NCBI GenBank assembly: GCA_973895155.1
Contig: OZ316893.1
Location: 3,330,490-3,394,489, forward strand
DNA length: 64,000 nucleotides
Origin: Marsupella aquatica
Lineage: Eukaryota; Plantae; Marchantiophyta
Direction of reading: 5' to 3'
In this document: positions 24,514 through 35,264 of the stretch, piece after piece
Position numbering within the stretch: position 1 is the stretch's first letter
Layout of the letters: the number at the start of each line of letters is the position of its first letter
Position numbers and translations under genes: made by a program
The notes under the pieces: model-generated
Databases searched by the model: none
What the model was told of the DNA's origin: nothing
What the model saw: only the letters and a program-made list of their open reading frames with translations

Positions 24514-25630
24514 AGTATTGTCACTTGCCTCTCCAACGGTTAATACGTGCAAACCGCACTTTTCTTCGCTTAAACCGTTGGTATCGTATTACGGGGTCGT
24601 GGAGGGACGCTATTTGGATTCTTTTCACACCAGGATGAGTATTTTGGTTTCCGCTCCCGGAAATGTAGGTTTTGATCAAGTCTACCGACTACCCTCACCC
24701 CACAGCTTTTGATCAAGTCCTGCCGACTACCCCACTACACCTTCACTCGGAGTCACCCAAAGAGTGCTGTCACCACCCCTACTCACAAGGCCGACTCAAA
24801 CCAAGCAAGTTTCTTCAAATCATAGAACGGGAGAACACAATTCGGAAAGCGAAAAAGGGAGAAGGAACACACAACAAAAGCCCATCAAGTCAAATGTACA
24901 GATCCATATCTCTTGGGAAAAAACGATACACATTGCATGAGTAACCCGGCCTCCTGCCGTCTACTCAACTCCTGCCTCTCCGGACAATGAGTATGGCTCC
25001 CCCTCACTACTCTGAACACGCTTTCAAACTCCTCAGGCTCCACTCTATCCCTCCTTGCTAACTTCACACTGAGTCCCCCTAACTACTTCGGGGCTATCCC
25101 CCTAAATACTGAAAAATCACACCAAAGCACCCCTCACAGGGTCACAACGGTGGCGGCTACCCTAGCGGCGCCGCTAAAACCTTGCACTAAGAGAAATCCT
25201 TAAACTGAAGAGGAGCATGCGGCACACACATGCTGCTAAAACCCTAAACCCAAAACAAGGGGGCCGACGGTGCCTTCGACGGCGCCCCAACAGTACACGT
25301 GAACCCTGAAAGTGAGAGGCACCCCAAAATGGCCGAAACTAGGTGCCCTTCCAAGTGCACACCTGAGCTCACCCCTGGATAGCTCTTCTTTTCCTGCTTC
25401 CGAATCACTAAGTCGCTCCCTCAACGGACTTCAGACGCCTGAGTTATGGCCGTTTCCGTACCGCAAAAACATAAGTTCTCCAGGCCATAACTTGCTCATC
25501 CTGGCTCCGTTTGAGGAGCGCCGCCTCTTGTTGGAATCAGCTCCGCGAGCTCATCCCAACAAGCCCATGAGTGACCCCCCACTAAAATGTTGGAAATCTG
25601 GAGGCCGTACACCCACGTCCGTACGCCTAT

Positions 25631-27487
25631 CTAATCCTCCTCTTCTTCTTCGCTCTCGGTGCCCGGACTTGTGCCCCGTGAGTGGTCCTCCTCCTCATCA
25701 CTCACGGGAGTGAGTGCCACCGTACTTTTCTTCTTCTTCGACGGAGTACTCTTAGTGCTGCTGCTCCCGCGCTTCCTCAAAGCAGCCAAGGCCTGCCACG
25801 CCTTGATGTACCCCTCACCAATTGTGTCCTTCCAGAGGGTAGCCTCTTCTCCGGACCGCAACTCCAACGGTAGAACTTGCCCCGTGGCCATGGGAGTCCC
25901 GGGGGTGACAGACCTGGGTGGCATCCCCGTACTGACCTGAGCCTCCCGTAACGATTTCCGTACCTCCCGGAGCTTCTTCTCCAAGCTCTTACTCTTCTCC
26001 TGACTCTTCTTGGCTCCATCCAACAAGGGTCCATACTTCCCACTAACCTCCTTCACCACCATCTCGATAGCTTGGGAGATCACATCCGGGGAAAGTGTGG
26101 AGCCAGGTGTGCCGGGACTCTTCCGTTTCCCTAGACTCAGGGCCTCACTTCTCTTCGCTCGTGTCTCAAAGGCTGCCACCTGACTCCGTAGTGCTCCCAC
26201 CTGGTTCCTCCACTCCATCACTTCTCCAGAATTTTGCTTCTCTTTGGCCAATGCTTGCCTCAACGCTCCTACTTCTTCTGCTTCCTTGGCCTTGGTGGAC
26301 AAAGCTCCCTTCAAGTTGGTGATCTCTACGTGAGCTGCATTGATGTGCCTGACCTTCTCATGAATGGTCTGCTCCTTGGTCTTGATCACCTCCTTCAGTG
26401 ACAGGATGCTCTGCTCTAACGTCTCTACTTTGACTGTGGCGTGCTTGAGAGACTCCCTCAATGCGTGGACTAGCTTGAGTCCCTCGTGGACTCCCTCTCT
26501 GAAATCCCGTAGCTCTGCCAAGTAAACATCCGGAATGTTGTATTCCAGAGGCTGTTTCGGATCTCCCACGAGTGATTCAAGCCACTCCAATGTGCAATCA
26601 TCCTCCTGGTTCTCTTCTTCTCTATTATCCTCCCCACCAGCAGACAATGATTCCTCCGTGAGCTTCCCTAAAACGGTAGTGGCAATACTCCGGATCTCCG
26701 TGGTGAGAGATGATCCCGTGTCTTCATGCCCCGGAGAACCAATCAACCCTTCTGCCCTGGCCAATACAAATGACCCCATCAAATGTACAGCCCCACCTGG
26801 TTTCACACTCCCGGGCTCAGCGGCCAATAGCTTCTTCAATCCGTAGCACCACCATCCGTACACATGGGCTGGGTAGTTCTTGATGTCCATAGCTACCACG
26901 AAATGCTCCTCATTCAGCACTCCGGATTGCACGTTGCCAAGAACCCGTTGATGCACCTTGGCCAGGAAGCCCTTATACTCAACATCCTTGACAGCAGAAA
27001 GAGGGATGGCGGTGGTGGAGGTAGGATTGGTCACCCAAGTGGCCACCATTTTCAACGTGAGTTCTCCCCTGATATTCCGAGGTGTGAATGAGAATTTCTG
27101 ATTCTCAAGAAACAATAGCTTAGCCAACTCCACATGGGGCACTACACGTTTGAGACATTCAAAGTAGATTCCCTCCGTTCGGAACTCCATCCCGGCCTCA
27201 ATGTCCCAGCTCTTCCCTGAAGGGATGGTAATCTCCACCTTCATGAATTCTGTAAGCCCGGTGGCTTGGAAAATGTTCCGACAATCCTCCATCACCTTGG
27301 TGGAGGTCTTGGGATAAATTCGACGAAAAATCTTCCTACCCACCGGTGAGGAACCCGCTGCCAATCCCGTGCTCATCATAACTTCTCTCTCTTCCCTTTC
27401 CCGTGTAATCCGAGTCTCCACGTAGTCACGGTAAGCAGCCTTGTATCTCCGAATGCGTGACGCACTAAACTCTGGTTGATCTAGCAT
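25631..27487 (-). CDS. LTR-encoded 618-aa accessory protein (globular N-terminal domain, long coiled coil, KKKK and acidic tail)
   Basis: Intact ATG-to-stop ORF wholly inside the 3' LTR, sense to gag-pol; identical copy in the 5' LTR. Confidence 0.85.
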   Translation of the reverse strand: MLDQPEFSASRIRRYKAAYRDYVETRITREREEREVMMSTGLAAGSSPVGRKIFRRIYPKTSTKVMEDCRNIFQATGLTEFMKVEITIPSGKSWDIEAGMEFRTEGIYFECLKRVVPHVELAKLLFLENQKFSFTPRNIRGELTLKMVATWVTNPTSTTAIPLSAVKDVEYKGFLAKVHQRVLGNVQSGVLNEEHFVVAMDIKNYPAHVYGWWCYGLKKLLAAEPGSVKPGGAVHLMGSFVLARAEGLIGSPGHEDTGSSLTTEIRSIATTVLGKLTEESLSAGGEDNREEENQEDDCTLEWLESLVGDPKQPLEYNIPDVYLAELRDFREGVHEGLKLVHALRESLKHATVKVETLEQSILSLKEVIKTKEQTIHEKVRHINAAHVEITNLKGALSTKAKEAEEVGALRQALAKEKQNSGEVMEWRNQVGALRSQVAAFETRAKRSEALSLGKRKSPGTPGSTLSPDVISQAIEMVVKEVSGKYGPLLDGAKKSQEKSKSLEKKLREVRKSLREAQVSTGMPPRSVTPGTPMATGQVLPLELRSGEEATLWKDTIGEGYIKAWQALAALRKRGSSSTKSTPSKKKKSTVALTPVSDEEEDHSRGTSPGTESEEEEED

Positions 27488-27904
27488 CCATGCATCCCGA
27501 AATCAATTTCTCAATCACCAATCCCGTCACCCGTGGCAATGTCAATTCCCTGGCCCGAAACAGCCCCCGTAGCCCGATCACTTAAATTCTCTCAATTTCC
27601 CGTCACTACTCCGTGCGGCCGCCACTAATGCCTGGAAGAATGACGCCAGCAAGCCCCACTAATCCACCATGAAAGAGAGAGCTTCAAAAATAATTAGAAT
27701 CTGGAGAGAGCTTCCGGCAAGAGAGAGAAGAACCCCGTTTTTGCTTTCGGCAATGAGAGGGTCGTGCAAAAGGAAGAGGGAAAGAAAAAGGAAGGAAAAA
27801 AAAATAGAACCGAAAAAACTCCTGGCGCCTTCGCCATGCGCCCCGGCCCATTTCTCGGGCCTTACCCTTGCGTCCTCCTGCGCGCGGCCCTATGCAGGGC
27901 GCGC

Positions 27905-28282
27905 GGCCATTCCTCCCGGCTCGCGGGAGGCCCTTCAACTCCCCCCCGCTCGCGTGATCCTCCCAGCTCGCGGGAGGCCCTTTAACTCCCCCCCGCTCGC
28001 GTGATCCTCCCAGCTCGCGGGAGGCCCTTTAACTCCCCCCCGCTCGCGTGATCCTCCCAGCTCGCGGGAGGCCCTTTAACTCCCCCCCGCTCGCGTGATC
28101 CTCCCAGCTCGCGGGAGGCCCTTTAACTCCCCCCCCCCCCGCTCGCTTGCGCTCCTTCAGCTCGCGGAGCCTCATTAATTGCCCGGGCACGCAGCCCTAT
28201 GGGCTCGCGAGGCAGCCCCTTCAGCTCGCGGAGCCCCATTAATCGCCCGGGCACGCAGCCCTATGGGCTCGCGAGGCAGCCC
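27905..28282. repeat. CpG-rich tandem arrays in LTR Y (47-bp unit x ~5; ~64-bp unit x2)
   Basis: Unit GTGATCCTCCCAGCTCGCGGGAGGCCCTTTAACTCCCCCCCGCTCGC; one unit fewer in the 5' LTR (38650-38980). Confidence 0.9.
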
Positions 28283-28610
28283 CTCTTTCTCTCGGACGGC
28301 CACTAATGGGACTCGCCCTCCTGAGGAGGGATTTATTTAAAAAAAAACCCCCCCCTCTCCTGACTTTGCAATGGGGGTCTCAACAATAGCTCTTGAAGCA
28401 AAACGGTAAGTCCTATGGGGCTGGTCCTGGCTAGTTTCAAGGTCCCAAAATATTTGCCCACTTAGGTCGCCGCAAATCTTAGAACTATTATGAGAGAAAG
28501 AATATAAAGTCACCTGGGGCATCATCAACCTATAATGACGGAATTAACTAAAAATTAAAAAATGGCTTATTTACATTGACTATTAACAAGGTATCGGCCT
28601 TTGCAACCAG

Positions 28611-31600
28611 TTATGTGTGACTTCCCGTGACGGGGTACCCGTCACATAGCTCCTCTCTTAATTGCGAAGCGCCCCCGCGAGCACCATACTCTTCCTCCGT
28701 GTAGTACTTCTTTAGGCGCTCTTGATTGATCCGTGTGTTGAGTAGTTGCCCCTCCAATGTCTTGAGTTGAACCGAGCCGTTGGAGTAGACGGCATCCACT
28801 ACGTAGGGTCCCATCCACCGTGTATGCAACTTCCCGGGGAAATGCATGAAGCGGCTATCGTAGAGGAGCACCAAATCTCCCTCCTCAATGGACACACGAC
28901 GGAGACGGGAATCGTAATGTGACTTGCGTTTGCCTTGCTCCTGCTCCGTATGTGTCAAAGCCTCTTCTCGTGTCTCCGTGAGTTGCTCCAACTGTTGGAT
29001 CCGTGAAGCGACACTTTCTTCTGCCCCTTCCCTTTCCCGTGTTAGGATTCGAATGGTTGGAACCTCAAATTCCACCGGCACAAGAGAGTGTTGTCCAAAC
29101 ACAAGGAAATAGGGGCTGTGGCCCGTGGTAGTCTTGTGAGCCAGGTTGTAAGCGTAAGTGGCAGCCAACAACTTCAAATCCCAATCGGTCTTGTGAGCGG
29201 ATACCGTTTTGTTGAGGATCTTGCCCATGATCCCGTTGGCTCTCTCAGTGAGCCCGTTGGCTCGAGGGTGGTACGGAGTGGTCTTCCTATGTGAGATCAA
29301 GTAGTTCTCCGTCAAACGTTCAATCGTATGATTGAGGAAGTGAGTACCCCTGTCACTTACCAACTCCAATGGTGGACCAAATCGTGTAAAAATCTGCTCA
29401 TACAAAAAACGTGCCGTGGTGTTGGCATCATCCTTGGCAGTAGCTCGGGCCTCCACCCACTTGGTGGCATAGTCCGTTGCAAGAATGATGTAGCGCTTCC
29501 TCCCTCTTCGTGTGATGGGAGTGAAAGGGCCAATGAAGTCCACCCCCCACTTCTCAAAGGGTGCAAGAGGAAGTATGGGCACCAATGGGTGTCGTGAGGA
29601 GGGCCCTGGTTTGCCTTGACGCTGGCACGGATCACATCGCTGGATGTACCGGTGTACATCCCGAAAGAGAGTTGGCCACCAATATCCAGCATCTAGTATT
29701 TTCCTTGCGGTGGTCTCCCGTGCAAAGTGGCCACCAGCTTCCTCCTCATGTAATGCTGCCATGACTGTACGTATCTCCGCTTCCTCCAAACAACGACGAA
29801 GTCGGCCATCCATGCCGTACTTGTGAAGTACTCCCTTCACAAGCAAGTAGGGACCTGTCTTACGCAAAAACACTGCTGCTCTCTCCGGGCCCAAACGTGA
29901 GGGAACTCTAGCCGTGCGGAGAAATTCCAAAATTTCTCCATACCAAGTAGTGGCCTCTGTATTCACGCTGAACACTTCCTCATCCGGGAACCGATCATCA
30001 ATCTCCTGGGAGTCAGATGCTCCCTCAATACGGGAGAAGAAGTCTGCATTGCTATGACTCTTCCCCGATCTTACTCTCACCTCATAGTTGAACTCTTGTA
30101 GCAACAAAACCCAACGTGCAATTCTCCCGGACAGATCTGGCTTGTTGACCATGTATTTCAAGCTGTTGTGATCCGTGTGGAACACAACCTTGTACCCCAA
30201 CAAATAATGACGATACTTCTTACAAGCGTAGATGATACCAAGTGCCTCCCTATCGGTGGGTGAGTAGTTTTTCTCTGCCGGGGCCAACTGCCTACTGGCA
30301 AAGTAGATGGGATGGTCTCTTCCATCATCATCTAACTGACTCAAAACGGCACCGATGCAAAATCCTGATACGTCTACGTAAACATGGAATTCCTTATTCC
30401 AATTGGGCGTAATGAGCACGGGGGCCTCTAGCAATCGTTTCTTCAATTCATCAAAAGCAGCCTGACGGGAAGGAGTAGGTTCAAACTCACTTCCTTTTTT
30501 CAACATGGAAGTGAGTGGCATGGCTACCTTGGCAAAGTCTTTGATGAAGCGTCGGTAGTAGCCAACACACCCCAAGAACCCTCTCACTTCCTTCACATTC
30601 TTGGGAAATGAGACTGCTACCCACACGGCGACCTTCTCACGATCAACTTCAATCCCTCGTGCAGACACTTTGTGGCCCAATAGGATTCCCTCCTCAATTC
30701 CAAAGAAACATTTCTCCGGATGCAGCTTCAGGCAAGTCTCCCGGCACCGCTGAAAAGTCAACCGTAAGTGTTCCGGATGCTTGACTCGTTTGCCGTAGAC
30801 AGCAAAGTCATCAATAAAGATCTCCAAGAACCTGCGTAAAAAGTCATGAAATATATTCATCATGAGCCGTTGGAACATGCCAGGGGCATTGCACAACCCA
30901 AAAGGCATTCTCCGGAATGCAAAAATCCCCCACTCTGTTGTGAAAGCCGTCTTGAGTTGGTCCTCCTCCCGTATCCAGATTTGGTTGTACCCAGAGTAGC
31001 CATCCAAGAAGCTGTATATCTCCCAACCTGCTACCATGTCCAACACGATATCCGTGAACGGTAGCGGGTAGTGATCCTTCTTGGTCGCATCATTCAACTT
31101 TCGAAAATCTTGGCACACCCGTATTTTCACCTTCCCGTCTGGCCCCTTTTTCTTGGGCACGATTACGATGGGTGACACCCACTCACTATGCATGACCGGA
31201 TAAATGAATCCTGCATCCAACAAACGGTCAATCTCCTCCTTCACCATGAGTGAGTATTTGGGGTTGAGGCGGTATTGGCGTTGCCTCACAGGTCGTGCTC
31301 CTGACATCAGGTCAATGCTGTGCTCACCAAACTCAGGTGGCACTCCTTTCAAATCTTGGTGGCTCCACGCAAATACGTCTTGGTACTCTTTCAACAATTC
31401 CTGAATCGTGCGTTGCTCCGTAGCATCCAACTTACTACCAATGTTGAGTGTCTTGCCCTCACCCACTTCCACCTTTGTGTACTGCTCCGGCCTGATCACG
31501 TCCAACTTGTTGCGTGTCTCCTCATCAAAGGTTTCTTCCAACCGTGCGAGCCTCATCCCTCCATACACCGGTGCATCACTCTCCTCCTGGTCTGGTCGGG

Positions 31601-34600
31601 ATGGAGGTGGATCCTTTGTCACATGGGCCATTATTTCTTCAACGTCAGATTCTTTGTAATGTGACAATAGCTCCTCTCTAAAGTCATCATCCAGGATGTC
31701 ATTCAAAAACTGCTCTCTTTGCTCATCATCAAACATGATCGTGTGGGCTTGCATTTCCACCTCCTCGGGGTGATCCTCTCCCTCCCTATCATGAATCTCT
31801 AGAGGTTCAGCCTCCACAATTTTGCTTCGCTCGTCTTCCATCTCTTCTAGAACAGCGTGCACTTGGCTAACTGATTCCTCTACTGCATGCTCTTGAGTAG
31901 CAACTCCGGGGCCAAAAACATCTTCCTCCGTGAGGTGAGAAATCAGTTTCACCATGTATACTTCATCCTCGTCTTCATCTGAGGTGACCTCTGAATCATA
32001 TTCCTCCTCCATAGTCGTAGTCTCCCCGTGAGGTGACTCCGCTGACCATGGAATAGTGATAGTGGGGATACCAAACCGAAACTGCCGTTTGCCCCAATCA
32101 CTTGTGACCTTGGCCACATACAACCATGGCCTGCCAATTAAAATGGGAAAACCGTACGGCCGAACGGGTCGCATCACCAAATAGTTGAGGGGGAAAGATT
32201 TTCCCCCAATCATTGTTGGAATCTTGGTGAGACACCCCAACGGCACCACCCGTGCACCATCAGCCAACCTCATGGCACGTGCCGGTGGTTCTAACTCTGT
32301 ATACCCCAACCGGTTTGCCGTCTCCTCAGTCATGATGTTGACTCCCGAGCCCCCGTCCACCGGTACAAACCGTATTGCACATCCATTGATGTCCACCGTG
32401 AGTTCTGGGGCACCCAAATCCTCCGTGACCCAGTTGACTTGTATGGGGTCAGCCCCAACTTTGGGTAACCTTCTTCTACGTCTCCTCCTCATGAGAATCT
32501 CCTTGACTTGGCGACGGTATAGGGAGCTATCCCGTAATAGTTGACCAATTGTGGCACTGACTGGGCAATCCAGAATGTCTTGAGCAATGTTGTACGCGGT
32601 TGCAGGAGGTATGGGTGGGATGACCTCTTCTCCCGGTTTCCAACGAACAACCCTCTCCTCCGCTTTCTTTCTGGCCTTTGCCTCCTCCATGTCTTTGTCA
32701 ATGGCCGCTTGCATGGCTTGTGCTTCTAGCTCCTCCAACTGCTTACGTACCTCTTCTCCCACCTTCGGATAGAACAACTTGGGGTTGTCCCGATCAAAGT
32801 CACTATCCTCCATGGGTGGCACCTCCGGTTCGTGTGAGGTACCCGATGTGGAAGCTTGATGCACCTCCTTGTACTTCTGCTTGAGCTCGGACTTGCCCTT
32901 CTTTTTGCCGGATCGAGTGGAGACTCGGTAACAAGAGTAATGCCTTCTCTCCTCGTCGCTGTCTTCCTCCGGTAGATTCTCAGCATGAGTCCACTCATGA
33001 CTTGGGGGTGAGGGGTTAGCAACTTCAACTTCCGTAGATGTTGCAACAACAACCACCGGTATCTCAACAACTGGAGATACTACAACGACTAGCGGTACCA
33101 CCTCCTCCGTTATGGTGGTCATCCTTTGCTTGGGAATGTTCACTACGGTTTCTTCTCTTCTAGTGATTAGAGGGGTGTCGACTGCTTCCGTGGTGAGAAA
33201 GTTGACGCTAGCTTCTTTCAGAGGAGGTGGCGGCCCCTTCTTCTCTTGTGCCCCAATCGGTTGAGCCTTGAACGCCTCCAAGGTTGGGCAGTGTGGTGCA
33301 AGATGACCCTCCCCCTTGCATAGTTGACACAGCCGGGCAAAATCTCCATTGCCTTGACGGGTGGGCTCTGGGCACACATTAGCGTAGTGGCCCGCCACTC
33401 TACAATTGTAACAAATAGGGATCTTCCTCACTCCAGGGTACGGTGGTCGATTCCCTGGGTTAGCGTTGGGATAGTTGGAGTATGCGGGTGCTCCGGCGTT
33501 TGTTGAAACTCCATGAATGCTCCGTGGTCCCGGGTTGAGAGGTTGTACACTATACACGTTGGCCTCTGGTGGCTCCTCCATGAAGTACTCTATTGGCCCT
33601 TCCGCTGCATATGAAGGATTTGAGTAGCTTGCCCCCTCAACATCCTCCTCCCGTACTTGGAAAACCTTGGCTGGTTCTCCCGCTGGGCACTCCTTCGGGG
33701 CATGACCAAACTTCATGCACTTGGTGCACCACACATTGGCTCTCTCCACCGGAACTTTTCTCCTCTCAGGTTTGAGTCCGGCAAAATGTACTTTCAACGC
33801 TTTCATTTGCTCCGTCAGCTCATCATATCTGGCCTCTTGCTCCTTCAGGCGTCTTGCCGTAGACAATGGTGTAACGGCCACCGTGGGTAGTATCACTTCA
33901 CGGTGAGAGGACTTCTTGACTTTCTTTGACAACTTCTTCTTCTTCCTCCTTCGTCTTTCAGCTTCTGACTCCGTAGTGTCTGACTCTGTAGTACTCTCAG
34001 AATCCTCAGATTCATCACTACTATCTGAATCAGATCCACTCGACTCCTCACTGGAGGAACTGTCAACCGGCTTCAGCTTCTTTCTTCGGCAACGCTTGCT
34101 TGTGGCATCAGCTGCGGTGTATGACTCCGCTGCTGCAATAGCTTCAGCCAATGTGGTTGGCTTGGCTTGACGTACAAAGAACCCCATCTTGCTTGGTAGG
34201 GCAGCCACAAACCAGGCTTGACGCATAGCATCATCGGTACGGGCTTGGATCCGACGTACCAGCTTTTGGAACCTTTGCAAAAACCTCCGTAATGACTCCT
34301 TCTTCTTCATCCTGAGTTGGCCCACCTTTAATAGTGAGGTGGCCTCCACTCCTATGGATCTGAACTCCTTCAAGAAGGCTTGCTTGAACAGAGCCCAATC
34401 AGCTTTCACGTTGGCCAACAACGAAATGAACCATGGACCTGCCTCCCCTCTCATCATTCCAGGAATGATAGTGAGCTTATGTGCAGACTCCCCATTAGCT
34501 TCGGCAATCCCTTCAAACTCCTCAATCCATTCGTCTGGATCATCCTTTGGTCTCCCCTTGAAGGGTACGTACTGAACACGGGTACGTTGTGCAGCTGCCA

Positions 34601-35009
34601 TCGGTGCAGCCGGTGCCTGTATCAACACAGGTGGTAATGGCGCTTGTTGGGCCACCGGTAACAGCACCGATGATAGGTGTGAGATGATTTGTGGCAATGC
34701 AGTGAGCTCTGGGATCAGATTTTGTAACTCAGACTGCACCAACACAAAGGGCTCTCCTTCTTCTCGCTCGTGATCTATGTCTGGCTCTTCGTCTGGGCAT
34801 ATGGCCTCATTACGTTGAGCCTCTTCCTGTTGCACACCAACTTGTTCTTCCAGCACCAGTGGCAACCTCCTCTCTTCTGCAAGCCGTAAGCGTTCTTCGG
34901 CAGCAACTCGTCGTCTGGTCCCAATCCAAGAGGGCCCCCCTTCTAGCTCTGATCTTGGGGTACGTGTGTGTTGGGGACTTCCTCTACCTCCCCTTCTCCC
35001 TCTCGGCAT
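28611..35009 (-). CDS. gag-pol: Gag-Pol polyprotein, 2132 aa (Gag, 3x CCHC, PR, RT, RH, IN)
   Basis: Knuckles CTKC..H..C, CYNC..H..C, CQLC..H..C; PR VDGGSG; RT FLDGYSGY, MPFGLCNAP, FIDD; RH VDVS..DREAL..TDH; IN HH-CC, WGVDF, SDRG, TERAN, GPY. Confidence 0.97.
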   Translation of the reverse strand: MPRGRRGGRGSPQHTRTPRSELEGGPSWIGTRRRVAAEERLRLAEERRLPLVLEEQVGVQQEEAQRNEAICPDEEPDIDHEREEGEPFVLVQSELQNLIPELTALPQIISHLSSVLLPVAQQAPLPPVLIQAPAAPMAAAQRTRVQYVPFKGRPKDDPDEWIEEFEGIAEANGESAHKLTIIPGMMRGEAGPWFISLLANVKADWALFKQAFLKEFRSIGVEATSLLKVGQLRMKKKESLRRFLQRFQKLVRRIQARTDDAMRQAWFVAALPSKMGFFVRQAKPTTLAEAIAAAESYTAADATSKRCRRKKLKPVDSSSSEESSGSDSDSSDESEDSESTTESDTTESEAERRRRKKKKLSKKVKKSSHREVILPTVAVTPLSTARRLKEQEARYDELTEQMKALKVHFAGLKPERRKVPVERANVWCTKCMKFGHAPKECPAGEPAKVFQVREEDVEGASYSNPSYAAEGPIEYFMEEPPEANVYSVQPLNPGPRSIHGVSTNAGAPAYSNYPNANPGNRPPYPGVRKIPICYNCRVAGHYANVCPEPTRQGNGDFARLCQLCKGEGHLAPHCPTLEAFKAQPIGAQEKKGPPPPLKEASVNFLTTEAVDTPLITRREETVVNIPKQRMTTITEEVVPLVVVVSPVVEIPVVVVATSTEVEVANPSPPSHEWTHAENLPEEDSDEERRHYSCYRVSTRSGKKKGKSELKQKYKEVHQASTSGTSHEPEVPPMEDSDFDRDNPKLFYPKVGEEVRKQLEELEAQAMQAAIDKDMEEAKARKKAEERVVRWKPGEEVIPPIPPATAYNIAQDILDCPVSATIGQLLRDSSLYRRQVKEILMRRRRRRRLPKVGADPIQVNWVTEDLGAPELTVDINGCAIRFVPVDGGSGVNIMTEETANRLGYTELEPPARAMRLADGARVVPLGCLTKIPTMIGGKSFPLNYLVMRPVRPYGFPILIGRPWLYVAKVTSDWGKRQFRFGIPTITIPWSAESPHGETTTMEEEYDSEVTSDEDEDEVYMVKLISHLTEEDVFGPGVATQEHAVEESVSQVHAVLEEMEDERSKIVEAEPLEIHDREGEDHPEEVEMQAHTIMFDDEQREQFLNDILDDDFREELLSHYKESDVEEIMAHVTKDPPPSRPDQEESDAPVYGGMRLARLEETFDEETRNKLDVIRPEQYTKVEVGEGKTLNIGSKLDATEQRTIQELLKEYQDVFAWSHQDLKGVPPEFGEHSIDLMSGARPVRQRQYRLNPKYSLMVKEEIDRLLDAGFIYPVMHSEWVSPIVIVPKKKGPDGKVKIRVCQDFRKLNDATKKDHYPLPFTDIVLDMVAGWEIYSFLDGYSGYNQIWIREEDQLKTAFTTEWGIFAFRRMPFGLCNAPGMFQRLMMNIFHDFLRRFLEIFIDDFAVYGKRVKHPEHLRLTFQRCRETCLKLHPEKCFFGIEEGILLGHKVSARGIEVDREKVAVWVAVSFPKNVKEVRGFLGCVGYYRRFIKDFAKVAMPLTSMLKKGSEFEPTPSRQAAFDELKKRLLEAPVLITPNWNKEFHVYVDVSGFCIGAVLSQLDDDGRDHPIYFASRQLAPAEKNYSPTDREALGIIYACKKYRHYLLGYKVVFHTDHNSLKYMVNKPDLSGRIARWVLLLQEFNYEVRVRSGKSHSNADFFSRIEGASDSQEIDDRFPDEEVFSVNTEATTWYGEILEFLRTARVPSRLGPERAAVFLRKTGPYLLVKGVLHKYGMDGRLRRCLEEAEIRTVMAALHEEEAGGHFARETTARKILDAGYWWPTLFRDVHRYIQRCDPCQRQGKPGPSSRHPLVPILPLAPFEKWGVDFIGPFTPITRRGRKRYIILATDYATKWVEARATAKDDANTTARFLYEQIFTRFGPPLELVSDRGTHFLNHTIERLTENYLISHRKTTPYHPRANGLTERANGIMGKILNKTVSAHKTDWDLKLLAATYAYNLAHKTTTGHSPYFLVFGQHSLVPVEFEVPTIRILTREREGAEESVASRIQQLEQLTETREEALTHTEQEQGKRKSHYDSRLRRVSIEEGDLVLLYDSRFMHFPGKLHTRWMGPYVVDAVYSNGSVQLKTLEGQLLNTRINQERLKKYYTEEEYGARGGASQLREELCDGYPVTGSHT
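28647..28660 (-). promoter_or_regulatory. Polypurine tract of Y
   Basis: TAAGAGAGGAGCTA immediately 5' of the 3' LTR TG, inside the pol reading frame. Confidence 0.75.
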
Positions 35010-35226
35010 CCCATTGAGACCTGCATTCCAAACTTACACCAATGTCTCAGAAAGCAATATTTGTAAACATCAACCGTCGCACGATGCGTTGTGGTTGACG
35101 TACAATAACAAAGTAACCAACAAACTTCTCACGTATCAACCGTCGCAAGTTGCGTTGTGGTTGATAGGTTTGAACTCCCAATAGACGTAGCTCCCCTCCT
35201 TCGTGTCGTCAAACAAGAAGAAGGAT

Positions 35227-35244
35227 TCCCCGGCAGCGGCGCCA
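35227..35244 (-). promoter_or_regulatory. Primer-binding site, tRNA-Asp
   Basis: TGGCGCCGCTGCCGGGGA, complementary to the plant tRNA-Asp 3' end (..UCCCCGGCAACGGCGCCA, one mismatch); Athila-type PBS. Confidence 0.85.
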
Positions 35245-35264
35245 AAAACAAAAGACCACACTTA

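Larger units (their letters stand above)
24519..28646 (-). repeat. 3' LTR of Y (4128 bp)
   Basis: Direct repeat of 35265-39343 at offset 10746. Differences seen: one SNP (27714/38460), one 47-bp unit, 2 nt of a C-run. Confidence 0.96.

Noticed and set aside
23128-24552. 474-aa and 372-aa (39308-40426) ORFs as separate genes
   Set aside because: Two halves of one ORF; their extra ends are read-through into LTR Y.
25631-27487. 618-aa ORF as env-like protein
   Set aside because: No evident signal peptide or transmembrane segment; nuclear-type coiled-coil and NLS features instead.
35221-35244. tRNA gene
   Set aside because: Only the 3' 18 nt including CCA match; it is a PBS.
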